Below are positions 20,309-31,470 of a stretch of DNA of 64,000 nucleotides, piece after piece. A program made the position numbers and the translations under genes. Under the pieces are notes generated by a model that searched no databases, was not told where the DNA came from, and saw only the letters and a list, made by a program, of their open reading frames with translations. The stretch is from Mayamaea pseudoterrestris (taxonomy: Eukaryota): assembly GCA_027923505.1 (NCBI GenBank), contig BROI01000022.1, forward strand, positions 434,001 through 498,000, read 5' to 3'. The first letter of the stretch is position 1, and each line of letters opens with the position of its first letter.

Positions 20309-22500
20309 ATGCTCCGCTTGTCCATCGTACAATTGACAAGCTTGTGCTCTTTGGTATCTGCATTTTCCGTCTCGACTCAATCGAGGCCACTTTATACCAT
20401 GACGCCTCCTCGACAGCAACAAGAGGACGTTTCGTTTTCTCACGTCCAGCTCTACGTGGACAAGCTGGAGGATTTACACGTTTACAAGCAACTAGAAGGT
20501 CAGCTAAACGACTTTTATTCCAAAAGCAAACCTAGTCTTTCGATACAAGAGAAACAAGCGCTTTGGACGACAATCTCGCACAACGTTCCAGTCGACGATG
20601 CACACTTTCCTTCGCACAGTCGCAGCGTCGTCAAGCAACTATTGGCTGGCTTGAACTTTCGCGTTACCGCTGCCAGGTATGCAAGCGACACTCGATCGGT
20701 GCTCGTGACGTCCAAGGATCCCCATGGTGTTCAAATCTTGGTCACGGCGGCGGCGGCGGAAGAGTCTAGTAGTGACGAGAAGAAACATGATTTCGACAAC
20801 GAGGAGAGTGGTGGAGGAATGTTTAATCGAGGTAAGGTCTGCAAGGAGTGTGTGTTTGTCAGCGTACAATATCGAAACATTTACCTTAAACCTTTCCCTT
20901 TTGCCTGTTAGCAAACGTGCATCGGTTCTTTGCAGCTCATGGCAATCGTCAAGGCATTGCCGTTTTAGGATTTACAGCCGACAATGTGGAACGAATTCGC
21001 GACAACTACATGGAGCTTCATCCGAACCTTATTGCCGATTATGACCAAAGCAACCAGATTCTAGAAGTCTTTGCGTATTATCAGGAGCATGGTTTGGACG
21101 AACCAGCTCTTGCCGATCCAGGAACGATTCTACGCTTTGTTCAAAAGTCGGACGACGGAAGTTCTCTCTTGACTGGTTTGCAGTCTGTATCTGCCACGTT
21201 TCCGGAAACGTCGCAGCCTGCCTACTGCGACCACTGGGTTTCCAATGTACATAGCCGCACCGAATTTATGCATACCTTGCACGATACGCTTGGTTTCACG
21301 CCAAAGGTTGACTTCAACGCTGGCGTGGTTGCCGCTGGCGAGGCGCAGATTGAAAGTACCGTCATTGGGAATGACTCCACCATGCAAACGGCGGAAAAGA
21401 TGATTGCACTCAAGGATCAAAGCCAAGTGTACTTGCCAATCAACAATGCACTGAGTACAGTCGGACATGTGTACGGTTTCTTGCAGGAGATTGGACAAGG
21501 CATTCAGCACTTGGCGTCGCGCGTCGATGACTTGGTTGGTTTTGTGCAGACGGCGAATGAAAATCGCATGGTTTTTGGAGAGGGCTTTACCTTTTTAAAC
21601 ATTCCAAGAAGCTACTATGGTATTTTGACATTGACCATGCTGACGGAAGGGATTCGAGGCGATAACAGTGACTCGGTGACTGGTGATTGCGCTCTCGCAA
21701 TCTTTGAGGCGCTTTTGTTGGGCTCTGCCATGGAAGCGGATGGAGCTGTCAGTCTGGAAGCGTCACGGGATGACCTTTATACCCTGCTACGGCAGTCACT
21801 TGTTGGCGAGTCGCTGGAAGAATTTCGGCGGAAATCAGACTTTGTTCTCGACATTATCCTTCGCGCTCGTTACAGCAACTTGTACAGCTTGCTGCGTGAT
21901 CATATCTGTGATGAAACGTACATTCGAATCGTCCGAAATAAAATTCTTGTCGACGTTCAGGGCGAGGACTTGCTGTATCAGATTTTTACATGCAATATTT
22001 TGCAGCGAAACGCTGGCGATGAGGCTCCTTTCTTTGAATTCATTCAGCGCGTTTGCTCGGAGTGTCTGGACGAGAGCGGATGCCCACGGACACTTCGACC
22101 TGGTTGCGGAGGTTTTGGTATCCGAAACTTTTTGACCCTGTTTCTGTCAATTGAAGTCAGCAAGGCCATGCGCGGAGTGGCTGAAGCCAAGAAGGCGGGC
22201 GATTCGCAAGGATTGGTGTATTCACAAACGATGGTAGACTACTTTACGGCTCAAATGAATGAGGCAAATCCAATTTTGACTCGAATTTCTGATGCCATGA
22301 CGGAGGAAGGGCATTGCCGCGACAATATGATGGAAGCACTTGCTGCGAATAAATTGGAAGAGGTGGAAATGTGGACGCTTAGAATGGATGCCGCGGCAAA
22401 AGAAAAGGAAGCGGGCAACCAAGATTTGATGGAGTGCAGTGCGCGATACAATGCACTTATGAAGGAGCTACGTATGGAATCTGAGAAACAAATAGAATGA
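20309..22500 (+). CDS. HPPD: 4-hydroxyphenylpyruvate dioxygenase-like, plastid-targeted; intron 20832-20911
   Basis: FSHVQLYV, DHWVSN, GIQHLA, ILVD, LYQIFT, FFEFIQR, GCGGFG.RNF..LF.SIE; the two-His/one-Glu iron ligands are present; signal peptide with VSA-F. Confidence 0.85.
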
Positions 22501-22564
22501 TGGATGAAGCAATTAAGCGGTCACTACTCATGTTGATTAAACTAGATTTATAGATATTTTAGCC

Positions 22565-24421
22565 TTATTCCTCGTCTTCGTAATCTTCGTCGTCTTCGTC
22601 ATCATCCTCGTCAAGCCAGGTAAACCAGTCCGTCGTCTGAATAATGGCAGACGTCTTGCCTGCCATGTGTTCCTTCGACTCGTCCTCCTTCCATTGGGCA
22701 AACGCTTCGCCCGACGCAAGATCAAACTTGTACATGCAACGGAACATGGCCTGGCATATTGACTCGCCATCAAGCTTTGGGAATCCAATCTTGTCGCAAT
22801 ATAACTGAATACCCCACAATACCTGCATTTGACCAAGAATGTCATCTTCCACCAACGACAGCAAGGCAGCTCCAAACTTTGCCGGCTCGGCCCAAACACA
22901 CTCGGGATTAGGATTTAGCTTTTCGTTCTCCATTAGCAGTTCAAAGACGAGCTTGTCAACGGCTGGAAGGCCAACCTTGTTCTCTTGCACCCACTGTGCA
23001 AGCTCATCTCCTTGCTTTCCGCCAGTTGCAAACTCTTTGAGTAATTCTGCAGATTTGGCCATTAATTCCTCAACATTTGCCGTCGGTCCAACTTGCGTTG
23101 GTGCAACAGCTTCCGTCTTGGCAGGAACAGCGTCAGCTTCCTTCTTCTTGGTCGGAAACAATGTATCCTCCTCCTTGGTCAATGCCTTGGCCGGGAACTT
23201 GAGCATGTTCTCCTCGTGCATTTTGGTCGGTGGTTTCAAAACAACTTCATCTTCCTTTTTGAGCTTTGGCTTTAGCAGTTCATCGACGCGATCATTCACA
23301 TTGTATGCCTCCGATTCACTTCCGCGCGGACCCGTTGGTAGCGGCATTTCCATGCCTCCCCGTCCACCGCCACCACTGCTTCCGTAGCGGTCGTTGCGAA
23401 AGCCGCCACGTCCACCGCGTGGATCATCCTGCATGCGGCGCTCGCGCTCGCCACGCTCCACATAGTCTGGATCGTCGGCCGCCGCATTGGCGAAGCGCGA
23501 GTTTTGCGCCAAGGGGGCGTCGTAATTGCGGGACCCGCCGCCGCCACCAAAACCGCCGCGATCACCTCCACCAAAACCGCCGCGATCACCACTGCGATGA
23601 TCCTCGCGTCCCGCCATTTCGGCCGCCTTGGCGAACCGCGAGTTCGTCGTGGGAGGAGGACCCAAGTCGCGTCCACTTCCCAAGCGATGACTCGACCAGC
23701 TGCCGGCGGCACCGCCGCTACTCGTCGGAGGCGTGCGATCGGATGATCCGAATCGACTGCTAATGCTGCTGCCACTGCCTCCACGATCATTGCCACTGCC
23801 TCCGCGATTATCACTGCCACTTTCCGCCACGGACGCAAACCGCGCGTTGGTCACCAGCGGAGCAGCCGGTGTGCGCTGCGGCGTCATGCGCGAGTCGTCG
23901 CTTGTACTCAGACCGGCGAACCGCTGGTTGAGCACTGGTGGCGTCCGGTCGCTCTCGCGCGTAGCATCGCGACGTGGGCGCTGTGAGAAAAAGAAAAAGA
24001 GAGAGGGGAAGCAATCAAATGTGAGTAAAATGATGAGCATGCCTTATTGACATGGTACTAGCAGCTCAACAGTCTGCATCTCCTTTTGCTTCTTCCATCT
24101 TCTCTTCAAATATAGACTGAACATTAAACTTACATCTCCTCCCATTTCCAGACCCGCCGCCCTCGAGTTAACCTTCTCCGGTTCACGCCGCGATCGCGAC
24201 AATGATCCTTCCGTCGACGGCGTCGCCATAATACTGCTGCCACGCATCGACGGCGTTCCTTCCTGCTCGCGACTGCTCGTCCACCGGGGGCGGTCGGTAG
24301 TACTATTTGCAGCAGAAGCGGCATTGCCTCCGCGCCAGGAGCTGCCGCTGCCGGGTGGTGTCCGATCCGAGTTGCCGCTGCTGCCGCGCCAACTCGGTGC
24401 TGCCGATGATGGTTGTGACAT
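22565..24421 (-). CDS. W2 (eIF4G/eIF5/eIF2B-epsilon C-terminal) domain protein with RGG-rich disordered N-terminus; intron 24133-23981
   Basis: C-terminal F..MY..DL...EAF.QWKED...GK..A......WF.WL.E plus acidic tail (AA boxes); RGG repeats and recurring NSRFA motifs. Confidence 0.8.
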
Positions 24422-24810
24422 GGTTTCTATTTGTTTATTGCTATAGGTGATTTGTTTCGTCCTTGCTAGTACTGTATCTGCGGTCTCTCTTGCAAGTCTT
24501 GTATGAATGCTCAAGGCAATGCTATGATACTGCCTGTCGAAACTGGCAAGCCGAAACGTCCACGCACTTGCGCGCCATGAGGAAGAACGCCGAAACCCGC
24601 GCCGCCAAGAACGAATGGCCTTGCGTGAGAACCGCTATGACCCTTTGATCAGTGCAGCCGCCGATTCACGTCACCATTGCGACACGACGTGCGAGCCTCA
24701 CCATGAGGATTGCAAGGGTTTCCCGACGACGCAAGTCACCATCACCGGGCCTGGCACTCCAGTAATTCTTTTTGCGTAGAATTATTTTCCAGTCATTTGA
24801 CAGCAGAGTC

Positions 24811-25922
24811 ATGCAACTTGTACGATCCGTTTCAATGCTCCTGAGTGGACTGGCAGCGGCTGGTGAGTGATGCTTGTTGTCTGACGCAGAACGTTTGATG
24901 ATTTCTTCTGTCGAATCATCGGCGGCTTGCAATTGAGATTTATGGAGTTCTAATTAAGGTCTATGGTTTATTCAGTTGTTAACATCATGTCATGTCTCAC
25001 GTACTACTTAATGTGTTTTACAGATGCCTTCTCCATCCATCAGTCGATGCGACAGCAACCTCGCATGACGACTGTCTCCACCACGAAACGCTCCATGATG
25101 TACTCGACAATCTACATGCCGGAGGAACCACCAAACAAGCCTCCCCCGAAAAAGACGCCAAACCGCGCTCCGCCTCTTCCCACCGTTGACGGCAAATCTG
25201 GACAACTCGATGTTGTCAGTCGCTTGCTCAAGGATCGCATCTTGGTGCTAGGAACTGACGTGAACGACGAAGTGGCCAATCTACTAGTCGCCCAGCTACT
25301 ATATTTGGCCAACGACGATCCGGATCGCGACATTACCTTGTACATTAACTCGCCGGGCGGCAGCGTGAGCGCCGGACTGGCCATTTTCGATACCATGCAG
25401 TTCATTCCCTGCGACATTCAAACGGTGTGCTTTGGCATGGCGGCCAGCATGGGGGCCTTTCTGCTGGGAGCCGGCACCAAGGGCAAGCGCAAGAGTTTGC
25501 CGAATTCGAGAATCATGATTCATCAGCCGTTGGTGAGTTTAATTTGTTGGTTGCTGCCTTTTTGTCGTTGCTTGATGTGGTTGTGTAACTTACATTCAAA
25601 TCTATTGTGATGGTGCATGATTTTTAAATTGCAATGATGCCCCTTTCACATTGCTTTCCTTTTTTTGCTGTCACAGGGAGGAGCTCAGGGACAGGCGCAA
25701 GACATTGAGATTCAAGCCAAGGAAATCTTGTTCACCAAGGCGCTACTCAACAAGTACATGGCCGACTACACGGACCAGCCGATTGACAAGATTGCTGCCG
25801 ACACGGATCGGGATTTCTTCATGACTCCACAGGAAGCAAAGGATTATGGAATCATTGATGAAGTCATTCAGACCAAAACGTCGCACATTCCGCTTCCTGC
25901 CATGCCTAGTTTGAGGGGCTAA
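24811..25922 (+). CDS. clpP: Nucleus-encoded plastid ClpP protease subunit; exons 24811-24862, 25024-25532, 25677-25922
   Basis: YINSPGG, ASMG (Ser), HQP (His), DRD (Asp); spliced N-terminus [20 protein letters not shown] is a bipartite plastid signal. Confidence 0.92.
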
Positions 25923-25957
25923 GCATAGTAACTGACAGTCGTAGTAGTTAAGTTTTA

Positions 25958-27469
25958 TTACAAGTGTCTGTTGCCCGTATGTTTCTCGTGCAAGTAGTCT
26001 TCCTCGCCAGTGCGCGCAAAGTCCTGGTCGAGCAGATTTGCATCCATGCAATTCATGGCAATTCTCAGCACGGCGCCTGGACCACAGTTTCGAATCCACG
26101 GATCCTTGGACAAGTCTTCCAGCTGGCGACGAAACTGACTGCAGCCCCGTTTGCCAAAGAAAATGCCCAAGACGGGTTTGAACGATCGATCCATAATGTG
26201 ACCAGCAATCTTCATCTTTGGTGGTTTAACGGTGTCAAAAACAATCAGTTCGCAAGCAGGATCATCGGCAGAAGCGTCAACATGTAATTTGCCAGTCTCG
26301 CCCTTCCAGTAAGCTGGGCCCTTGTACGAACCGTCACTTTGATAGACTCGCCGGCAAATGCGGCAGTACTCCTGCTGCTGCAATAGTCGACAGTTGCCTT
26401 CTACATTTTCTTGCGTCTGCGCCATGCGCATGGTAACCTTGGCATCATCATCGCAACATCGCCGTGGATGTACCTTCTCCAAATACTCGCAGTACTGCGT
26501 CAACGCCTGCCGCCGGTTCAAGCACGGATTGTCGTGGCAGCCGAAGTAGAATCGGTCCGCGTCCGCCATGATGGCCGGATTGTCGCGGGCGGCCCGACCA
26601 ATCATGGCGCCGCGTAGATTGTGCGGCACACGGTCGGTGGATAATGGAGCAACGCAGGAGCCGTTGGAGTGGTTGCAAATGAGACAAGGTAACTGGTCGT
26701 CGTGTTCCAACGCATCGATGGCGCCATAGCACAAGTCGTGTGCTTCCTGCAGCGACTGAATGCCACCGTTAATGTAAAAATCGCAATCAGAAAAGTGTCG
26801 ACAAATGGCGTAGACGCGAGGATAGTTGAGTGGAGGAACGTTGCGATTCTGCGCCGGACTGAGTCCCTTGGTGTGAACCTTGCGCGCGTGAATGAAGAAG
26901 CGGCGACAGTGCGGTCGCAAGCGCTCTATGTAGTCGACGAGAAACTGCAAATCCTCCTGACAGTCGACTCCTATTCTCGTCTTGATGGATACAGGCATGG
27001 GCATTGAGTCATCGTCGCAGCAATCATTGGCTGCTTGCTGCATGCTTTGAATCATGTCAACGGCCAAATCTTGTCGTAACATCAACGCCGCCCCAAAGGC
27101 TTGCTTGGCACACACCTTGCGACTCGGACAGGCACAGTTCAAGTCAATGGCGTCATATTTGTATTCACTCAACACAATCTTGGTCGCCTCATACGCAATC
27201 TCTGGATTGTTTCCGCCAATTTGACAAACAATGGGACGTTCCGCTTCGTCAAAGCCCAAGTGGTGGTGCCGGTCACTGGAATGCGCAATGGTTTCGTCCA
27301 CCACCATTTCCGACCACAATACAGTGTGTTTCGTCAGCAGTCGCATGAAGTATCGAAACTCTCGCGTGGTGACATCCATCATGGGAGCAATGTGGAGTGA
27401 TTTCTGCGCGTTGATCATGCTGCTCGTTGCGTCGGCATTGGAACGAACGTCGTTGAAGGGACTCATCAT
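25958..27469 (-). CDS. dusA: tRNA-dihydrouridine synthase, DusA-like
   Basis: IAPMMD.T, EMV, QIGG, DLNCACPS, FGAALM, PVSIKTRIG, IHARK, GLSPAQNRNVPPL.Y, INGGI, MIGRAA; start codon uncertain. Confidence 0.87.
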   Translation of the reverse strand: MMSPFNDVRSNADATSSMINAQKSLHIAPMMDVTTREFRYFMRLLTKHTVLWSEMVVDETIAHSSDRHHHLGFDEAERPIVCQIGGNNPEIAYEATKIVLSEYKYDAIDLNCACPSRKVCAKQAFGAALMLRQDLAVDMIQSMQQAANDCCDDDSMPMPVSIKTRIGVDCQEDLQFLVDYIERLRPHCRRFFIHARKVHTKGLSPAQNRNVPPLNYPRVYAICRHFSDCDFYINGGIQSLQEAHDLCYGAIDALEHDDQLPCLICNHSNGSCVAPLSTDRVPHNLRGAMIGRAARDNPAIMADADRFYFGCHDNPCLNRRQALTQYCEYLEKVHPRRCCDDDAKVTMRMAQTQENVEGNCRLLQQQEYCRICRRVYQSDGSYKGPAYWKGETGKLHVDASADDPACELIVFDTVKPPKMKIAGHIMDRSFKPVLGIFFGKRGCSQFRRQLEDLSKDPWIRNCGPGAVLRIAMNCMDANLLDQDFARTGEEDYLHEKHTGNRHL

Positions 27470-27886
27470 AATGCCAAGATTAGCACTCGACAATCAGATT
27501 TGATTGTTGGCGTTTGACATTAAAAAATGCAGAGAAAGGTACCAAATGATAGCCTTTCATGCTGCAAAAAATCAATGGTCTCGTCATGGTCGTTTCAAAG
27601 AAGAAACGGTAGGTACCGCAACGACAAGTTTTTGCGCCGCGCCGTGGCGCGCCCCGCCATGGACGATGAAAGGATGAAGTAGGGAAACTTCACAACGACA
27701 CATTTCCATACATACTACTTGTATGATACGACGTTCGTTGTTGCTAGTAGCTGCCATCAATATCCACGCTCTCAACTGCCGCAGAATGCACGTCCGTCTG
27801 ATGGTACCAATATCGAACGGCCGAATTAATCCTTCCATCAGATAGTATACGCATTCATCGACACAAGTATTTATTAAAATGAAAAA

Positions 27887-28420
27887 CTATTCTAAATCAT
27901 TAAATGTCAAGAGCTCGACACTTAGTTTCGTCGGTTGCTCTTTTGCTGCGCCAGCCTCGTCTCGACCAACGTCCCAAATGGAAGAGCGCTGGCGCCGTTT
28001 GCGATGTTGATGTAAATTTACGCGCCGTTGCAACTGTGCGTCTCGCAAAACCATGCGCCATTTGGTGTTGCGTCGATTGTAGTGGTCGACGCGACCCCGC
28101 ATTATCGCCGCAGGCGCATCTCGCGATGATTTAGTGTAGAATGATGCCATGGATTGGCCGAGCGCGTTAAGAATTCGTTGCGAAGCTTCGGGAGTGAACT
28201 GATGATGCGACGGAGCTGGTTCGTTTGTCATTTCCTTTCCGTCATTCATCGTTTCGGTTGTTGTTTCAGGTATATTGTTGGAAGAGGAATCAATGTCACG
28301 AAGCGCTTCGGCAAGCGTGAGGCCCAAGACGCCGTAACAAGACGGATCATTCGCAACTGTATCCACATCAGGCACGCTTGCCACCCACGCGTTATGATTG
28401 TTGTTCATGGTGTGATGCAT
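27887..28420 (-). CDS. Divergent TFIIA gamma (TOA2)-like protein
   Basis: LGLTLAEAL...FTPEASQRIL...MRGRVDHYNR..TKWRMVLRD pattern resembles the TFIIA-gamma two-helix plus beta-barrel layout; by-eye match only. Confidence 0.55.
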   Translation of the reverse strand: MHHTMNNNHNAWVASVPDVDTVANDPSCYGVLGLTLAEALRDIDSSSNNIPETTTETMNDGKEMTNEPAPSHHQFTPEASQRILNALGQSMASFYTKSSRDAPAAIMRGRVDHYNRRNTKWRMVLRDAQLQRRVNLHQHRKRRQRSSIWDVGRDEAGAAKEQPTKLSVELLTFNDLE

Positions 28421-28596
28421 CAATGACTCCAGTCTTTGTGGTTTTATTACGTATATATATTTCGATGAATACCGTAAGGTATATTATATTTGTCGCAGAC
28501 GTTTTGATGGCTGTGGCATATCAAAACCGGTACGACACTAAAGGTTAATTTCTGTGCAAGCATCACATCAAGCATCGTCTCGTCACAACATCGACC

Positions 28597-29413
28597 ATGA
28601 GTCTCATCAAGCCAATCGTCATTACAACAGTCAAAGCTGACTTTAATGCGGACAGTGTAAGATGTGAAAGGCGATGCTATATAACTTGCCGTTGGGATCG
28701 CTTTTTCCATCATTCATTCATTCATTCATTCATTTTCATTCATTCATTCATTCATCTCGCTCGTCTCACTTACACTCTCTATATTCCATCAGTTCTTGTA
28801 CCCTCCAGAATACGAGGGCCACTTTGACGGTCTCGTGTTGACGCACGCTCAAATTCGCAGTCGCGTCCGCCAGCTGGCGAAACTCATCAACGACAGGTAC
28901 ATTGGCCGACGCCCCGTGCTAGTGTGCACGCTCAAGGGCGCCTGCACATTCTTTACGCATCTCGCCGACGCACTGCAGGAGCTGCGGCAGGGGTACGACG
29001 TGGAGTTTGTGCGCGCAAAGTCGTACGAGGGAACGTGTTCAAGTGGAAACGTGCAGCTCATGATGGGTAGTAGTGATGCTACAGAAGAAGATACTGTCAT
29101 GATGCAACACTTAAAAGGCCGACACGTGTTGCTCGTCGAAGACATTTTGGATACGGGAGCAACCCTCGCCATGCTTGTTCCAGCCTTGCAAAGGCAGGCG
29201 CAGCCAGCCAGTTTGGAGGTAATCACCTTGCTCGACAAGCGACTCGATCATGTTGACAAAAAGTATACGGCCAAGTATATTGGCTTTTCTATTCCGGACG
29301 TCTTTATCATTGGATATGGATTGGATTACAATGAATTGTACAGGGACTTGCGTGACATTTATGTCATTTCCAAGGCGGGGATTGCCTTTGATGCCAAGCA
29401 TTTGCATGCGTAA
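28597..29413 (+). CDS. HPRT: Hypoxanthine-guanine phosphoribosyltransferase; intron 28657-28792
   Basis: LKGA..F, RAKSYEG, VLLVEDILDTGAT (PRPP loop), LLDK, FIIGYGLDYNE.YRDL; the spliced 5' exon MSLIKP... joins in frame. Confidence 0.93.
28709..28755. repeat. (ATTC)n microsatellite in the HPRT intron
   Basis: About ten CATT units with one interruption. Confidence 0.85.
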
Positions 29414-29492
29414 TTGAGGATTGCGCGTAAGTGCCTAAACATACTATAAACTAGGCGGCTTTTATATATCATTCGGTAGCCATTACAATTAT

Positions 29493-30788
29493 TTACAAGA
29501 CACCAGTCATCCATGTACGCGCCAGTAGTAGCAGCAACCGAAGTCTCGTTGGATCGTGAACCACCTTGGCGTCAAAGAGACTGTAATTGGCCGCTTGCAG
29601 CCGCTCCAAGTATACTGTCGATGGCACTACGGGAAGCAAGCACATGCGCAGATTCTTTGGCAGGTTTCCTTGCAACGCTCTCGCTTGCTGAAAATTCAAT
29701 ATTGCTTCGTTTGCAATGAACCGGACAGCTTCGTTGACAATGGCGACGTTTGCTTCCGATAATATATCTTCATCATCAGAGTCATTATCATTTTCACTCG
29801 ACTCGCCGGAAGTACAGTTCCTCGCATGCTGAATCAAGTCATCATATGGAAACCCCAATGGAAGCAAGGCTCGTGGCAGTGGACATTCGCCATGCACGGC
29901 CAATCGAACCGGCGTCGCTCGCAGCATGGTTGCCAGTCCCACTCCAACGCCGGCGCACGTCAAGCAACGATCCACGGCATTTTCGTCAACAATACTGACA
30001 CTACCAGTACTATTTAAACTCTGCAGTATTTCCATGGTCAGAAACAAATTGCTCGTGAAAACATCATCCGCGTATTCCAAAGCTTCCTCCATGCTGACAA
30101 ACTGCATTCGATCCAAGTCGTGCTGGCGGGCATCCAGCAGTTTCTCCAGCCACCGGCGCGTCAGTTGGCACGTGTTGGCAGCTACATCGAGCTGTCTTAC
30201 CACTGGACTCTGCCAGCACGAAATGGATGATGATGAGAAAACTTCCTCCTGTTTAGTTTGATAATGATGCTTTCGTTGTAGTTGCTTGTCTACATCGTCA
30301 TTGGCATAGACGTTCGCCAAGGCATCCCTCCACCACTGCATTCGTATTTGCCAGGCCAGCGAGGTGGTAAACTCCATTGGCTGCTGCTGCTGCACGTTGC
30401 TGTTGCGTCCACCGCCACTCAACTCCTTGATGGATGCCAGCTCCGCGTTGAAAGCGCGCACCGAAAAGTAGGCCGGTTGCGCTTGCGACGGCAGCAGCAA
30501 GCCGCAGAGCCAGCCTTCGCGGTCGCGGTCATGGACGAGCTGCATGCAGTATTTGTGGTCGTCCTTGGTTTGTTGCAACGTACGGACTGGTCTGCCGTTG
30601 GTACTATAGGTTCTGCTTGACGACGCTGAGGAGAAAAGTGTTCGTCGAACATTGCAGCCACTCATTCTTGCCGTTGCCCCAGATACGCATGCTATTCGAC
30701 TGATATTGCTTTGCGAGAAGAGGATCACATGCGGCATTCCTGTTCCTGGCATCAGTAGCGACGATTTTATGCGAACATTCAGCCTCAT
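29493..30788 (-). CDS. NDUFAF6: NDUFAF6-like complex I assembly factor (squalene/phytoene synthase fold)
   Basis: YCMQLV..RDRE.WLC.LLLP, RAFNAELA, IRMQWWRDAL, PVVRQL, LLDARQHDL, GVGLATMLRATP, YLERL. Confidence 0.8.
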   Translation of the reverse strand: MRLNVRIKSSLLMPGTGMPHVILFSQSNISRIACVSGATARMSGCNVRRTLFSSASSSRTYSTNGRPVRTLQQTKDDHKYCMQLVHDRDREGWLCGLLLPSQAQPAYFSVRAFNAELASIKELSGGGRNSNVQQQQPMEFTTSLAWQIRMQWWRDALANVYANDDVDKQLQRKHHYQTKQEEVFSSSSISCWQSPVVRQLDVAANTCQLTRRWLEKLLDARQHDLDRMQFVSMEEALEYADDVFTSNLFLTMEILQSLNSTGSVSIVDENAVDRCLTCAGVGVGLATMLRATPVRLAVHGECPLPRALLPLGFPYDDLIQHARNCTSGESSENDNDSDDEDILSEANVAIVNEAVRFIANEAILNFQQARALQGNLPKNLRMCLLPVVPSTVYLERLQAANYSLFDAKVVHDPTRLRLLLLLARTWMTGVL

Positions 30789-31470
30789 TTTGTCTTGGTC
30801 CCATGGTTGGGACGAATGGAGCGAAGACGAGCGATCAAAATCTTTGCAGTACCGGTACGATAAAATGCTATGTCTTCACTGCCAGATTGTCAAGCACCCA
30901 CTTGATCCATAGCAGGGTTCAACATAAACTGACCAAATTATAACAGTGCATCAAATCACATGAAATGGTTCGATAATCACTTTTAATGATGTTTTGACGC
31001 GACTGTACGCCACATTCTACAAGCACCACACTAACCACTCGAACTCACATTCCTCATCTCGCATCTGTTGAATGGTCCACATCCATCAATCCATACAATG
31101 CCATAAATGCGGAGCGAGGCAACGCAACGCAAATGAAGCTATACATCTCGTGGCAGTCGATCCGGAAGAAACAGACTCAAAGACGAGCGGAGGTGTTTTA
31201 AACAAAGTTCATCAAGTTTTACTACAACGACTTGTACTTACTCCCGTCCTATCAATTGTCTCTGTACCGAATGCTGATATCATAGATCACTTTCGAATAG
31301 AGAGTGTATAGTATAAAAATAGAACATGACGACCACCTCGTCAACGTACCATTCCATAAACTGTCAACTACTCACTGGCCTTTCTTTGTTGCAAAGTTCA
31401 ATTTTTCGCTTTTTTCATATATCTTGCTTACCTCTTTACGCAAAGAACTTTGGGCAAGAAATTTTGCTAT

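Noticed and set aside
24963..25023. ORF-track start of ClpP (MVYSVV...)
   Set aside because: Lies in a likely intron (24863-25023); the upstream exon at 24811 gives a better signal peptide.
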